A stretch of DNA of 64,000 bases from Tubulanus polymorphus (Eukaryota; Animalia; Nemertea): NCBI RefSeq assembly GCF_964204645.1, contig NC_134030.1, positions 14,570,110 to 14,634,109 of the forward strand, read 5' to 3'. Shown piece by piece: positions 1 to 13,189 of the stretch (position 1 is the stretch's first letter; the number at the start of each line of letters is the position of its first letter). The position numbers and the translations under genes are program-made. Below the pieces are notes generated by a model, which worked only from the letters and a program-made list of their open reading frames with translations, ran no database searches and was not told the DNA's origin.

Positions 1-1628
1 ATTTTGACAGTTTCAGCAACATTCAAACCGCATAAATCTCTAGTTTTCAGTTATGTAAAAATCATTTCTCAAATTTACAACAATGCGACATGAGAGCGAT
101 ATAAAAATCGGTGGTCAGTTTTTGCCGTGCGCATAGAAATCCAGGGTACTGAAATTTGAAGTTCGTTATTTTCAGAAATAATTTTCTAAAAAATCCAAAC
201 ATTTCAAGCACTGTGCGCATAAACGCCCCCTTTCAGGTGAACTTTGAAATTTTAAGATATCTTGCCTAGTTTTTTTCCTATGGCACTTTAACTGCAGCGC
301 GTGTATTGTCATTCCGAGATTCGGCGCTGTTTTCTTTGCGTGTATTTCAGTATATGGGTGTTATTTCTTCATTTTCACTACATTTGTCTCTACGGAAAAT
401 GGTTTTAATTGTTGGTACGAGTATCAGGTTTAAATATCACGTCGTTTATGCAATATAATAGGTCGAAGACATTAGAGATGTTGGGGTTTAAGGGATTTTT
501 CTGACCAGTTTTAGCAGCGAGACTGAGCGGCATTTTGATCACGCATTCGAAGTTGCGCGCGGGAAGAGAATATATGGGCCTATATTGAGATGGAAGAAGA
601 AAAGAAATATATCACTCAAAATCGAGTATGATGACCATTTAAATCAGTAGTCTATCAATAAATTTACATAAAAATCTACTGAAATTAGATGGATGGAGAA
701 GTGGTCAAAAAGCTGGACAAATGGGGTGGGGCAAATATTCAGCTACTTTCTATGAATACTTTGTATTAAGTACACACAAGATTGATTAGATTGGGAAGAA
801 AATATAGGAAAACTTTCTTGTTTTGGTGGTGAAATATCAAGTATCAAGTTCGAATGTCAGACGCACGTGATAAAAAGTAAAAAGTGACATCTACCATCAC
901 AAAAACGCAAGAAGTGTGTGGATTGCATTTACAACAAAAGAGTGATATTTTGGGTTTTCTTGGGTGCATGTACGTAAGCCTCTGCCTGCCGTAAAAGCGG
1001 CTACCATTACAGCCATTACGAACTAGCGCCGGAGAACGGAATACAGTATTAATGCCGTAATATTTAAACCTGATACTCGTACCAACAATTAAAACCATTT
1101 TCCGTAGAGACAAGTGTAGTGAAAATGAAGAAATAACACCCATATACTGAAATACACGCAAAGAAAACAGCGCCGAATCTCGGAATGACAATACACGCGC
1201 TGCAGTTAAAGTGTCATACGAAAAAAACTAGGCAAGATATCTTAAAATTTCAAAGTTCACCTGAAAGGGGGCGTTTATGCGCACAGTGCTTGAAATGTTT
1301 GGATTTTTTAGAAAATTATTTCTGAAAATAACGAACTTCAAATTTCAGTACCCTGGATTTCTATGCGCACGGCAAAAACTGACCACCGATTTTTATATCG
1401 CTCTCATGTCGCATTGTTGTAAATTTGAGAAATGATTTTTACATAACTGAAAACTAGAGATTTATGCGGTTTGAATGTTGCTGAAGTTGTCAAAATCCAT
1501 CCATGGGCAGATGAAATATGATACAATACACATCACGGATAGTTTTTAAAAAAACGAAAAAAATGACCCAACAATACGGGACAAAAGTACCCTAACAAAA
1601 TGGCGGCTAGCAACTGTAAAATGGTTTA
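1..1628. mobile_element. Non-autonomous foldback DNA transposon, copy A (left end outside window)
   Basis: 1-440 is the reverse complement of ~1058-1497. Same sequence family as 7661-9419 but in opposite orientation. Ends ...AAAATGGTTTA. No credible coding capacity. Confidence 0.8.
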
Positions 1629-1629
1629 T

Positions 1630-2165
1630 TGGTCAGTGGTGGTCAGTGATGGTCAATTCATGAATTTGCAATGATGATACCTCGGTAGTTTGAAAACAAA
1701 CATGACTTGATAAATTTCCAAAATTCGCAGTCAGGTGTTCAGACTCGGGAATATCTCAATTGGTCAGTTTCTGACCATCATGGTGTCACCATGTGGTCTA
1801 TAGCTCAAATGAAACACGTGGGACCGACGAAAGGGCCCAAAAGCGTAAGTCATTTCCTGAGTGATGTGATCCAAAAATGACCAAATCGGACAGAACAATT
1901 AAAATTTGGGAAGGCCACAGGCAGTGGTCTTTCTACGAAGCCCACGCGGTAGGCCTATACTTTGAGCGTATCATTATGAAATCTTTTTTTAAACCACCAT
2001 GTACCACATTAAGTAATAAGCATCGTTGTAAGCACTTGAAACACCCATTAACCACTTGAAACTGTCAGATCAAACATCATACCGCATCCCCGCAAAGAGG
2101 GGTAGTTCAGCAAACCGGAGCTTTCATTTGCCTATCTAGACTACCCCGCCAGTACGGGTAGCCGA
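1630..2165 (+). repeat. Dispersed repeat; homologous to ~7375-7660 joined to 9420-9671
   Basis: Direct sequence similarity. The second copy is split by the foldback element. Confidence 0.75.
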
Positions 2166-5100
2166 CATTATGAGAATGCCGGTTTGCTAGCGTATCTATT
2201 TAACACCCGTATTGCTCGGGTTAGTTTTACTATCAACGGGTGGCGCTGTATGTAAATTTCACATAAATCAAAGACTTTCGGCTATTAGCGGTACTTAAGA
2301 CCACTTGAAAACATCATAGTCAATTACGGTAGTAGTGAACATAAAAAGATACAGTACAAAGATACAGTACGGTGTACAGTTAAGGACATGATTCCATAGG
2401 ACCCATACCAGAGACATTTTGTTCAGACAAGGACTATTAGTTAAACACTAATCTTCATTTTCAGCAATTAACGATCTGGTGAATTAATTAGTGATTCGGT
2501 CTTTCGGTGGTTCGAGATAAAATGCCCGCAAAATAAGAACCTAACGAACTAGGGCTGACCACAAATTGCCCAACAGATAAATTTTCGAAACGACACAATC
2601 CAATCATGTTTGGTATCAAATGTGGCGTGGACCATGGTCTTTTAACTGACCAATGCATGACCAGTACTGACCATATAGTAAATTATTTGTTTGCAAACAA
2701 TTAAGTTGTTGGTGTCAAATAACTAGATATGATGTGGGCATTAATCTAAAAATTGTTTAACTGACCAATGCTTGACCAGTACAGACCAGTTACCAGTGCT
2801 AACCAGAACCCCCATAAGTAATTTATATGTTTTGTGAATCCTTCGTTAGTACTACTAGCTCTTACATTTGAATTTGTCGCTTGAAAAAGTCTTGTCCGAT
2901 TTTTGTTGTAGGTAGCGAGCTAACTTTGAAATTCCGCTAAAATGCATAAGATTTTTACGTAGGGTTTTGAACGAACAACGTTTCCATTTGTAATTGTAAC
3001 GTGCGCATTTGAGCCTGTAACGTGCACATTTCACTCGCGTGAACGTGCGTATCGGTACCAACATGCGAGACTTGTCAAACTTTTACGATCAAGACTTTTA
3101 AACTGAACAAAGAAGATATCATATCGTATTATATATACATGAATAGATGGAATGATAATGTAGTAGTTTTAAATGTTTCGTAGCTGCTGTCCACTGACCA
3201 CAGTTCAAAGCTAATTGCCTGATATGAAATATATTTTTGTTATAGAGATGTAGTAGATCAGTGAGAATTCAAACTTATGGTTAATTTTGAGTGATCACAA
3301 CGCTAACCAATAGAGAAAGCATTAAGGCCTAAGAAAAGATGCATTAAGTATAACATATCTTTCAATATAATGATGAAGTATTCAACTGGCCATCACAACA
3401 ATAGTTTGACTTATCTTAATGAAAAATACCGGAGTGTTAATGGGAAAACCTTGAATTCTAAACAATTCCACTCTAAATTGTTTACTTTGAAAACACAATT
3501 TGCAATTTGTGGACATGTATTTTTTTCTGCACCAAAAGCATGAAGTATATTATCTTTGCTTGTAAAAATTTGAAATTTTGGGGAAGATTTTTGGCCTCGT
3601 TAACCTGTGAACACGTCCTTCATATATTTTCTAAGACCGACCCTTGAAATAATGCTGAGAGTTTCGAGGATAATTTTGGTAGGATATAAACTTAGGCTGC
3701 TTCGTATCCGTGGAGGGTTGCTAATTATTGATTATATACACAATAATCATAAGTACCATGAGATTCGATAGAATATCGTTTTTCAATCATACGTACACGA
3801 ATTATCGCGATATAAAGATAAATAATATGTTCATATACTTTTTACGTCTTAAACTGTATATTTCTTTAGTAGTATAAATAAAGAGTGGATCAGCAGGCCA
3901 CCTGAGACCATTCCACGATATAAGGTCAGTTGCCAAAAGTTAGTAAGTTTACCAGTGGATAGTTAACATTTATAATGACAATTAAATTTTCATTGCTAAA
4001 ATAACTTTGTACTTGTTGACTCAAAAGCAGAGAATTGAAAATTAATTTAAACTATCTTTTGAGAAACGGGTCCCAGAGCTGTATCCTTTACTCCTGTAAT
4101 AGAGGATGCAATCTATTTGCGGCAAACAGCTAGTGCAAATAGCTAGAAAAGGTAACAATAGTGCATTGGCAAACTTAGAGCAAGCGTAAATTGGTTGTTT
4201 AGGTTTTTCGAAGGGGAGAATTTGTGGGAAAATTAATCATTACTGAGATATATCCGTGGCGAGCTTTTCCAGGGATTTAAAAAGTTGAGCTGTACACAAG
4301 GAATTTTGTGTAGTCCAATATCCGTGATTACCTCTGGCGTGGAGAGATACAATCTAAAACCAACCCTAGAGTCAAATATTTTACCACAATTTTTTATGAT
4401 CAATAAAAAGATTGAGTAATAGACATTCAAACAGTATTATCTAAATTCCACTCCATTTTAAACTCATTCATCTCTACACAAACTCCAACTTGTTGAACAG
4501 TCCACATTAAAATTAGGGACCACTATTCTTGCTCATCTACACACTGGCTACCAATCTAACAAAGGATTAAATTTTAGTGTTTGATGTTATAACAATAACA
4601 GACTGAATTATGGATTCGGTTTCTACTTTTTAATTGAACATTTATATCACATATTGGGCATCATTTTTACCGTCCAGTATATATGGAATAACCTATCCAT
4701 ACATCATGTTCAATTTTATATAATCTGATTTTTGAGATGTCATTCAATCAATGCATTCACATGAGGTCGTCGCTTTCAATAGCCACCACGGACTGGCTCC
4801 TTATTATTTCTTTGGCGATACCATTGGCGGACGATCCCACACGTTTCTTGCTCCAGCCCTAGAATGCTCAATATTCGTCCCGATTTGAATTTAAATTCAA
4901 AATACTCCCAAAACACACGTGTTAACTAGATTACTCTAAAACACCTTTATGTGCAAGAATCAGTGAAATTGGCGCTTTATCAGTTGTATTCATCATTCGT
5001 ACCCACGAATCTCGTGTCGTATCCTATGAATGTGGAGACCCATCCTCGTAAAGAGAATGAAAAGGCTCTGTTTCGTTCATATCATTTGATATGAGGCTAC

Positions 5101-7049
5101 GTGTCATCTTCAATTGAAATCACGTTGTTTTTTTAAAGGGTGGGCGAGAATATATTCTTATGTTTTTGTTTCTCTGAATGTTGCTATTTAAGAGTTCAAT
5201 AATTTCAATCTACCAAACAAAGGATTCTCGGTGTGTTTCGTGACATGTTTTTCCATAACCCTAGGAGAGCATTTTAGGTATTTTTTTGCATTGACCGAAA
5301 GCTGCTGTCCCTTTCTAGCAATTTGATGATATCCTTCGAAATCTAAATTCTAAAAAGGAATCAGGCATATCTTCTTGTTTGACTAAATATGAACTCAACA
5401 ACAAGTGACACTCCCTTCAAAGGCGCCAAAGTAAAATCATGTGTCGAGTGAAGATGATATTGTGTCAGAATTTCTTCAAAATCGGAGAAAATTGAATATT
5501 TTGAAAATAATCATTTTACATGTATGTTTAAATCCGTTATAACTGGAGCAATTTTCATGAAAAAACATCTATGGAATCAGCGAAATGTAACTAAGAAGAA
5601 TACTATGTTTAAAAAGTTATCAAAGACATTTGAAAAAAGTTTTCTGAATTCGTCAACTGTTAAACTAGTAACAACCAGATGTGTTCCCATTTAACCACCG
5701 ACCGCGAGCCGATTCGATGTGCGATGTGCCCTACACTGAAAATCTCAAGTGCTATACAACCGGTTTTTTAGGTGCCTCTGAATGTCGGCCGTTAAAAAAC
5801 TGAACAATTCCCATTTAGAAAGGGCCTACGTAGTTAGAGAAAATTCAAGATGTGTATATCGTGTGATACAGGCTCCATATTTCATGTGCGTTTGGAATTT
5901 AACCTTGTATATAACGAAACACGCATGTATTTATGCTATTTTAGATTTCAAAAGAGCGCAAAAGAGCGCACGAAAGTTATTCATGCATTTTTGATTTATA
6001 TGAATAAATTTCGCTTCGAAATCTTTAAATTTCTCAGGTGGATTATTCAATAAATTCACAACAGTCCATTATGGATTAGTTTGACGCCAATCGCTCTTTT
6101 AAAGATCTTTCTTACTCGAAGAACGATTTTCTTAAAAACTTTGATTATGGCGAATCTTTTATGTGTCCGATAGTTAAACCTTCGGGTATTATACTAGAAC
6201 ACAAATTTTTAAAGATATTCATAACATACTGAAGGATATCACAGTTTATACCCGAAGATATGCAGTTGGATAGATCTTTTTGTTTCGACTCGCATGCGAC
6301 AGTAAAAACGGTACTATAATAAGTGAACTTCATCATTGATATTTTCACTAATATACTTGAATTCCAAAAAAGAACTGACAATGAAAAAGGGTTACAGCTG
6401 TGACTGATATCACTCCAAATTTCAATTCCTATGAACACTTTTCATATAAAGAAAACTATTAACGAAACAGTTTTTAAAGGCGAAGAATCCGCGTTACCAT
6501 CGAATTTTCAAAACTTGAAGGAATGGTTAATGCCTCGGTGACCACTGGTCTAGTACGCGGTTTTCTGAAATAAAAGTGGGCAAGTCTAAAGAACAACTAT
6601 TGTATCACATGATTTCAAATATTAGGAACCCAATGCGTGTAATGATTTAATTAATTGGTATCGCGCAGATTGGTTGAAAGACGGGTGTTAGTCACCTTGT
6701 GATTTAATTGTTTTTCATGCATCGATTAATTAATCTTATTACAACTTATTTGTAGGCGCTTCCCGCAAACATTTTCTATTCGTTGAGTTTTCAAACGCAG
6801 TACTGTTCAGATGATTCGAGTCAGGTAGTAAAAAAGTTTATGTATTAGCATTACTATGCAGTGAAAAATAACGCACTGCGGCAAGTGAGGTGCTGTGATC
6901 CAGATGTGTAACCCATTTATGGGTAATAAATTTCCATCATGTCAACGCCATTCAAAAACCGTAGCAAAACTTTCTGCTGGTTTCTAGAAATAGCAATACG
7001 ACGACAAGCACTTTCGAATTCGACCACGATATTTGAGAAGTTTCACTTG

Positions 7050-7420
7050 GGCAGTGGTGGTCAGTGATGGTCAATTTATGAATTTCAATGGCGAATCCTT
7101 TCTAGTTTCACATCAAATGCGGTACCGGTATATCGTTCTTTCAAGAAGTTTCAATTGGTCAGTGGTGGTCAGTGATGGTCAATTTATAAATTTTTAATGG
7201 CGAATCCTTTCTTGTTTCACAACTAATGCGGTACCGGTATATCGTTCTTTCAAGAAGTTTCAATTGGTCAGTAGTGGTCAGTGATGGTCAATTTATGAAT
7301 TTTCAATGGCGAATCCTTTCTAGTTTGACACCATAACGCGGTATATCGTTTTCATATTCGAGAAGTTTGAATTGGTCATTGGTGGTCAGTGATGGTCAGT
7401 GATGAATTTGCAATGATGAT
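7050..7420 (+). repeat. ~120-bp tandem repeat (about 3 units)
   Basis: Repeated GGTCAGTGGTGGTCAGTGATGGTCAATTTAT...GGTATATCGTT units. Confidence 0.75.
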
Positions 7421-7660
7421 TCCTTAGTAGTTTGAAAACAAACATTACATGATAAATTTCCGAAATTCGAAGTCAAGTGTTCAGACTCGGGGATATCTCA
7501 ATTGGTCAGTTACTGACCATCATGGCGTCACCATTGTGGTCTATAGCTCAAATGAAACATGTGGAACCGAGCGTTCATTTCCTGGAGTGACGTGATCCAA
7601 AAATGCCCTAACTGGAAAAGGCAGTCTCTCAATTGGATGAAACCAAATCGGACAGGACAA

Positions 7661-9419
7661 TAAACCATTTTACAGTTGCTAGCCGCCATTTTGTTAGGGT
7701 ACTTTTGTCCTGTATTGTTGGGTCATTATTTTCTACTTTTTAGAAACTATTTGTGATGCGTGTTTTATCATATCTCATCTGTCCCCGGATAGATTTTGAC
7801 AGTTTTAGCAACATTTAAACCGTGTGAATCTCTAGTTTTCAGTTATGCAAAGATCATTTTTCAAATTTGCAACAATGCGACATGAGAGCGATATAAAAAT
7901 CGGTGGTCAGTTTTTGCCGCGCGCATAAAAATCCTGGGTACTGAACTTTGAAGTTCATTATTTCCAGAAATAACATTCTAAAAAATCCAAACATTTCAAG
8001 AACTGTGCGCATACACGCCCCCTTTCAAGTGAACTTTAAAATTTTAAGAAATCTTGCCTAGTTTTTATTCTATGGCTCTTTAACTGCAGCGCGTGTATTG
8101 TCATTCCGGGTTTCGGCGCTGTTTTCTATGCGTGTATTTCAGTATATGGGTGTTATTTTTTCATTCTTACTTCACTTGTTTCCACGGAAAATGGTTTTAA
8201 TTGTTGGTACGAGTATCAGGTTTAAATATTACGTCATTAATACTCCATTCTGTTCTCTTTTAACGGCGCTAGTTCGTAATGCCTGTAATGGTAGCCGCTT
8301 TTACTGCAGGCCGAGGCTTACGTACATGCACCCAAGAAAACCCCAAATATCACTATTTTGTTGTAAATGCAATCCACACACTTCTTGCGTTTTTGGTGAT
8401 GGTAGATGTCACTTTTTACTTTTAATCACCTGTGTCTGCCATTCAGACTTGATACTTGATATTTCACCACCAAAACAAGAAAACGCTTTCTTATATTTTT
8501 TTCCCCGATCTAATCAATCTTTTGTGTACTTTATAGAAAGTATTCATAGAAAGTAGCTGAATATCCCCCCATATGTCCAGCTTTTTGACCACTTCTCCAT
8601 CCATCTAATTTCAGTGGATAGTGTACATTGATTAATGGACTACTGAATTAAATGGTCATCATACTCGATTTTGAGTGTTATATTTGTTTTCTTCTTCCAT
8701 CTCAATATAGGCCTATATATTCTCTTCCCGCGTGTAACTTCGAATGGGCGCGTGATCAAAATGCCGCTCAGTCTCTGCTGCTGAATCGTGAGAAAAATCT
8801 TTAAAACCCAAAAATCTCTCATGTCTCTGAATATTGCATAAATGACGTAATATTTAAAGCTGATACTCGTACCAACAATTAAAACCATTTTCCGTGGAGA
8901 CAAGTGTAGTAAAAATGAAAAAAATAACACCGATATACTGAAATACACGCATAGAAAACAGCGCCGATACCCGGAATGACAATACACGCGCTGTAGTTAA
9001 AGAGCCATAGGATAAAAACTAGGCAAGATATCTTAAGATTTTAAAGTTCACTTGAAAGGGGGCGTTTATGCGCACAGTTCTTGAAATGTTTGGATTTTTT
9101 AGAAAATAATTTCTGAAAATAATGAACTTCAAATTTCAGTACCCTGGATTTTTATGCGTGCAGCAAAAACCGACCACCGATTTCTATATCGCTCTCATGT
9201 CGCATTGTTGCAAATTTGAAAAATGATCTTTGCATAACTGAAAACTAGAGATTCACACGGTTTGAATGTTGCAAAAACTGTCAAAATCTATCGAGGGACA
9301 GATGAGATATGATAAAACACGCATCACAAATAGTTTTTAAAAAGGAGAAACTAATGACCCAACAATACAGGACAAAAGTACCCTAACAAAATGGCGGCTA
9401 GCAACTGTAAAATGGTTTA
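7661..9419. mobile_element. Non-autonomous foldback DNA transposon, copy B (~575-bp TIRs)
   Basis: Runs TAAACCATTTT...AAAATGGTTTA; 7661-~8235 is inverted at ~8845-9419. The empty site is visible at ~1888-1915 (ACAA|TTAAAATTTGGGAAGG). Confidence 0.85.
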
Positions 9420-10097
9420 TTAAAATTTGGGAAGGTCACAGGTAGTGGTCTTTCTACGAAGCCCACGCGGTGAGCGTATTATTATGAAATCTTTTTTTAA
9501 ACCACCATGTACCACGAAGTAATCAGCATCGTTGTAAGCACTTGAAACAGCCATTAACCACTTGAAACTGTCAGATCAAACATCATACCGCATCCCCGCA
9601 AAGAGGGGTGGTTCAGCAAACCGGAGTTTTCATTGGCCTTTCTAGACTACCCCGCCAGTACGGGTAGCCGAGCAAACCGGAAAACTCATAATGGAGCAAA
9701 CCGGAAAACTCCTAATGCACAGTATAATTGTTGCGTTTATTAACGGACTCATTGGATTGAACTTCAAAACAAACGATATTTATTTAAATATTTATATTAT
9801 TTTACGATATTTAGGTGGGTTGTTATTCAATAGGCCTACGACCAATCTGTCCGGATGTTAGGCCTACGCATATACATAGGCTTACATAGGCTAGTAGCCT
9901 CTACTAGGTTAAGCGTTCGCTGTGGGGGAAAGGAGATCGTTCGCTGTGTCGCTTGAAGTGTTTATCGAGTTTTACGCGACCTTAAGGCTTTAGTATGGTG
10001 GCTGATAAGGGCCATGCGTAAAAAAAACACGTATATGCAAATGAGGGCGACATTATGACAAAATGTCAAAACTAAAATAACGCGACAAAACAATAAT

Positions 10098-10772
10098 TTT
10101 GGTTTTGTCGCCCGCGACAATTCATTATTTTGGATTTATCGCCCGCGACAATTCATTATTTTGGTTTTATCGCCCGCGACAGTTCATTAATTTGGTTTTG
10201 TCACCCGCGACAAATCAATATTTTGGTTTTGTCGCCCACGACAATTCAATATTTTGGTTTTATCGCCCGCGACAATTCATTATTTTGGTTTTATCGCCCG
10301 CGACAATTCATTATTTTGGTTTTATCGCCCGCGACAATTTATTTTTTTTGTCGCGGTTTTATCGCCTGCGACAATTCAATATTTTGGTTTTATCGCCCAC
10401 GACAATTCATTATTTTGGTTTTATCGCCCGCGACAATTCATTAGTTTGGTTTTGTCGCCCGCGACAATTCAATATTTTGGTTTTGTCCCACGCGACAATT
10501 CAATATTTTGGTTTTATCGCCTGCGACAGTTCAATATTTTGGTTTTATCGCCAGCGACAATTCATTATTTTGGTTTTATCGCCCGCGACAATTCATTATT
10601 TTGGTTTCATCGCCTGCAACAATTCATTAGTTTGGTTTTGTCGCCCGCAACAATTCAATATTTTGGTTTTGTCGCCCGCGACAATTCATTATTTTGGTTT
10701 TGTCACCCGCGACAATTCATTATTTTGGTTTTATCGCCCGCGACAATTCATTATTTTGGTTTTATAGCCCGC
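10098..10772 (+). repeat. 31-bp satellite array (TTTTGGTTTTATCGCCCGCGACAATTCATTA)n
   Basis: About 21 tandem units, interrupted by the Polinton left terminus at 10773. Confidence 0.95.
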
Positions 10773-11263
10773 AGTAATAGGGAATATGTTGTTTCAGATC
10801 AAAGGTCGAACGGTCGAGCTCATTAAAAACAAAACATTAAATTTTGGTCGCTCCACTTCGCTACCGCTCCGCTCCGCGACCAATTGATTTATTTACAATA
10901 CACACATTCATATAATCAAATATATTCAAATAATAATAATTATTCTATTATTCAACTGAAATGTACACGGTTATGAAAATATATTATAGTTTTAAATTAC
11001 TTTTAATGTTTTGTTTTTAATGAACTCGACCATTCAACCTTTAACCTGAAACAACATATTCCCTATTACTCTTAAAATATTCATATATATGAATAAAATA
11101 TAAATGAATAACTTCTAAAATCAATTTTAATAAAAAATTTAGTATTAAAATGGAAGCAAATAAGTACTACTGTCCAACATGTAATATCAATGTAGATAAA
11201 TCCCAAAAAGCAAGACACAATAAAACTAAAACACATTTAGAGAATAAATTGAAACTAGAATAT
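10773..11263 (+). repeat. Left TIR with terminal palindrome
   Basis: 10844-11263 is the reverse complement of 29528-29946 (about ten differences). 10773-10840 is also an inverted copy of ~11002-11070. Confidence 0.92.
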
Positions 11264-11401
11264 TTACAGTTATATTCAGAACAGTTAACAAAGGCAAAGA
11301 AATTTATTGAATTATGGAATAATGATCCAAATAATGAACAATACGTTGAGGAATTTGATATCAAGGAATCTAAACAACTTATCAAAAGCAGCGAGGAATG
11401 A
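11150..11401 (+). CDS. Small zinc-finger protein starting inside the left TIR
   Basis: CPTC-x12-H-x5-H (C2H2/U1-type) finger. The first ~38 codons mirror the true N-terminus of pPolB. Confidence 0.65.
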   Translation: MEANKYYCPTCNINVDKSQKARHNKTKTHLENKLKLEYLQLYSEQLTKAKKFIELWNNDPNNEQYVEEFDIKESKQLIKSSEE

Positions 11402-11478
11402 AAAAGGATGACGTTGGTCGAAGAAATTGAAGAGGATTCTAAAATATTAACCAATTTAGTAAAAAATACATATAATAA

Positions 11479-12113
11479 ATGGAACCAGAACAACCACAAA
11501 TTATCAATATTACAAATAACACTGCTGGTGTTATAAATATATATTACAAGAAGTGTTCTAAATATGAATTAGATAAATCATTAACAGAATTTAGTAAGCG
11601 TAAGATTAGCAAAGATGGTTTTCAATATTGTTGTAAAACTTGCACTAAACTATATACCAAACAATATCGAGAAGATAATATAGAACATTATAATTATTAT
11701 ATGGCAGAATATATGAGAGAAAGATATCAAACAGATCTTAATTTTAGATTAAAACAATGCTTAAGGTCTAGATTAACACAATTATTCAACAAAGAAACGC
11801 ATTCAGAAACACTATCTAATCTATTGGGTTGTTCAGATGAATTTCTCAAATCATGGATTATATTTCAATTCGATGATAAAATGAATATAGATAATTATGG
11901 TGAATACTTTCATATTGATCACGTGTTGCCGATTTCTAAATTTAACATGAATGATGAATACAATAAAAAACTTATTTGGGGTTGGAGAAATTTAAAAACA
12001 TTAATAAATCTAATAAACTAGATGTACAGTTATATTTAGATCAACTGGATAAAGCAAAGACATTTGTTGAATTATGGAACTCAACACATAATGAAAAATA
12101 CGTTGAATGTTAA
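11479..12113 (+). pseudogene. HNH endonuclease (NCLDV/PLV endonuclease VII-like type), frameshifted near 12005
   Basis: N-terminal Cys cluster and FHIDHVLPISKF...WRNLKTL motif. The expected KSNK...VEC* tail continues in another frame to 12113. Confidence 0.75.
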
Positions 12114-13189
12114 ACGCTTAGAAAACCGGTTACTCTCGATCTATGTCAAACCGCCTGTATGTAATTGTATTAGGTTGTTTACAAAAGCATCTGTCGCACG
12201 TTATATTCAGTTGAATAGGGTGTATCTCATTTGAATATTGATCGAATGTGCTATTTCAGTTGAAAAGGATTTAATCAATTATATTACAAAGGAAGGAACA
12301 TCTGTTGCACCAGACAGTGTTTAGCTAGTGAATAACTGGCAGTTATAAACGCGCAGCACATAAGCATAGGAACGTATAGGATATTCTCTCTATAAACACA
12401 ATTTTAGGAGTTTACAGTTATAAATGTAAGTACTGTTTTTGTTGTTATTAAGGCGTTGGAAAACGTTAAACATGTAAAACTTATCCTGGTAAGATGCGCC
12501 ACAAAATGGTCATGTTTAAGTGTTGTAATTAATATTTTACAACTACAACTTCAAGTTAGTTTTATTCTACGCTAGATATTTATCTTTTAGATAACTAAAT
12601 GAAGACTATTGAATCAAGAAAGTGAAGAACGATGGACGTGGAATCAGAAATAATGGATATTTCAACTCATGAGAGTGTAGCAGTTTAGCCATACTGTATA
12701 GGCTTTCAATGCATTACGTTTGCCGGAATTTCAATTGCGTCATTAAGCTGTTGTTAATGACACACAGTGACAGATGTTGTATTATACTTTATTGATTCCT
12801 GCATTCCACACATACCTTACCGCTCCTCTCTGGAGCGGCTTGGAATGTGGAAATCGATAATGATTGTAGAATAAAATATATGTGTGTTTATGAAATAGTA
12901 TTTCCACCAGTCGTTTCTTTGAATTTATTTTCAGTTTTAGGATTTATTATCAAGAATCCGAAATGACTTATCTGGACAGTTATAGTTACTGCTCCTAATA
13001 GATAGACAATAGTAGTGAGATAATCTAAATCCTAATTTAAATAAAATATAATAAAAAAACAATAACTTCAACTAGCTAGTGAATTCTATTATATTTTTAA
13101 TACTTTCTTTTCAAAAAGAGAATACTTTATATTTTGAATAGATTCAAATAGAAAATCTTTCTATATATTTTTTTCGCTTTTTTCTCTAA

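Noticed and set aside
844-1191. ORFs within the foldback elements (also 8098-8556 and 8640-8987)
   Set aside because: Non-ATG starts, no domain motifs, and the frame is not conserved between copies.
4740-4880. Possible tyrosine-recombinase relic on the minus strand (EHSRAGA...ANGIAKEII)
   Set aside because: It needs frameshifts and I found no other catalytic motif; too weak without an HMM search.
10098-10826. Overlapping 100-285 aa ORFs here and at 43875-44400, 48004-48398 and 49697-50975; superficial resemblance to a CRISPR array
   Set aside because: The ORFs are translations of a stop-poor 31-bp satellite. The units are contiguous with no unique spacers and no cas genes.
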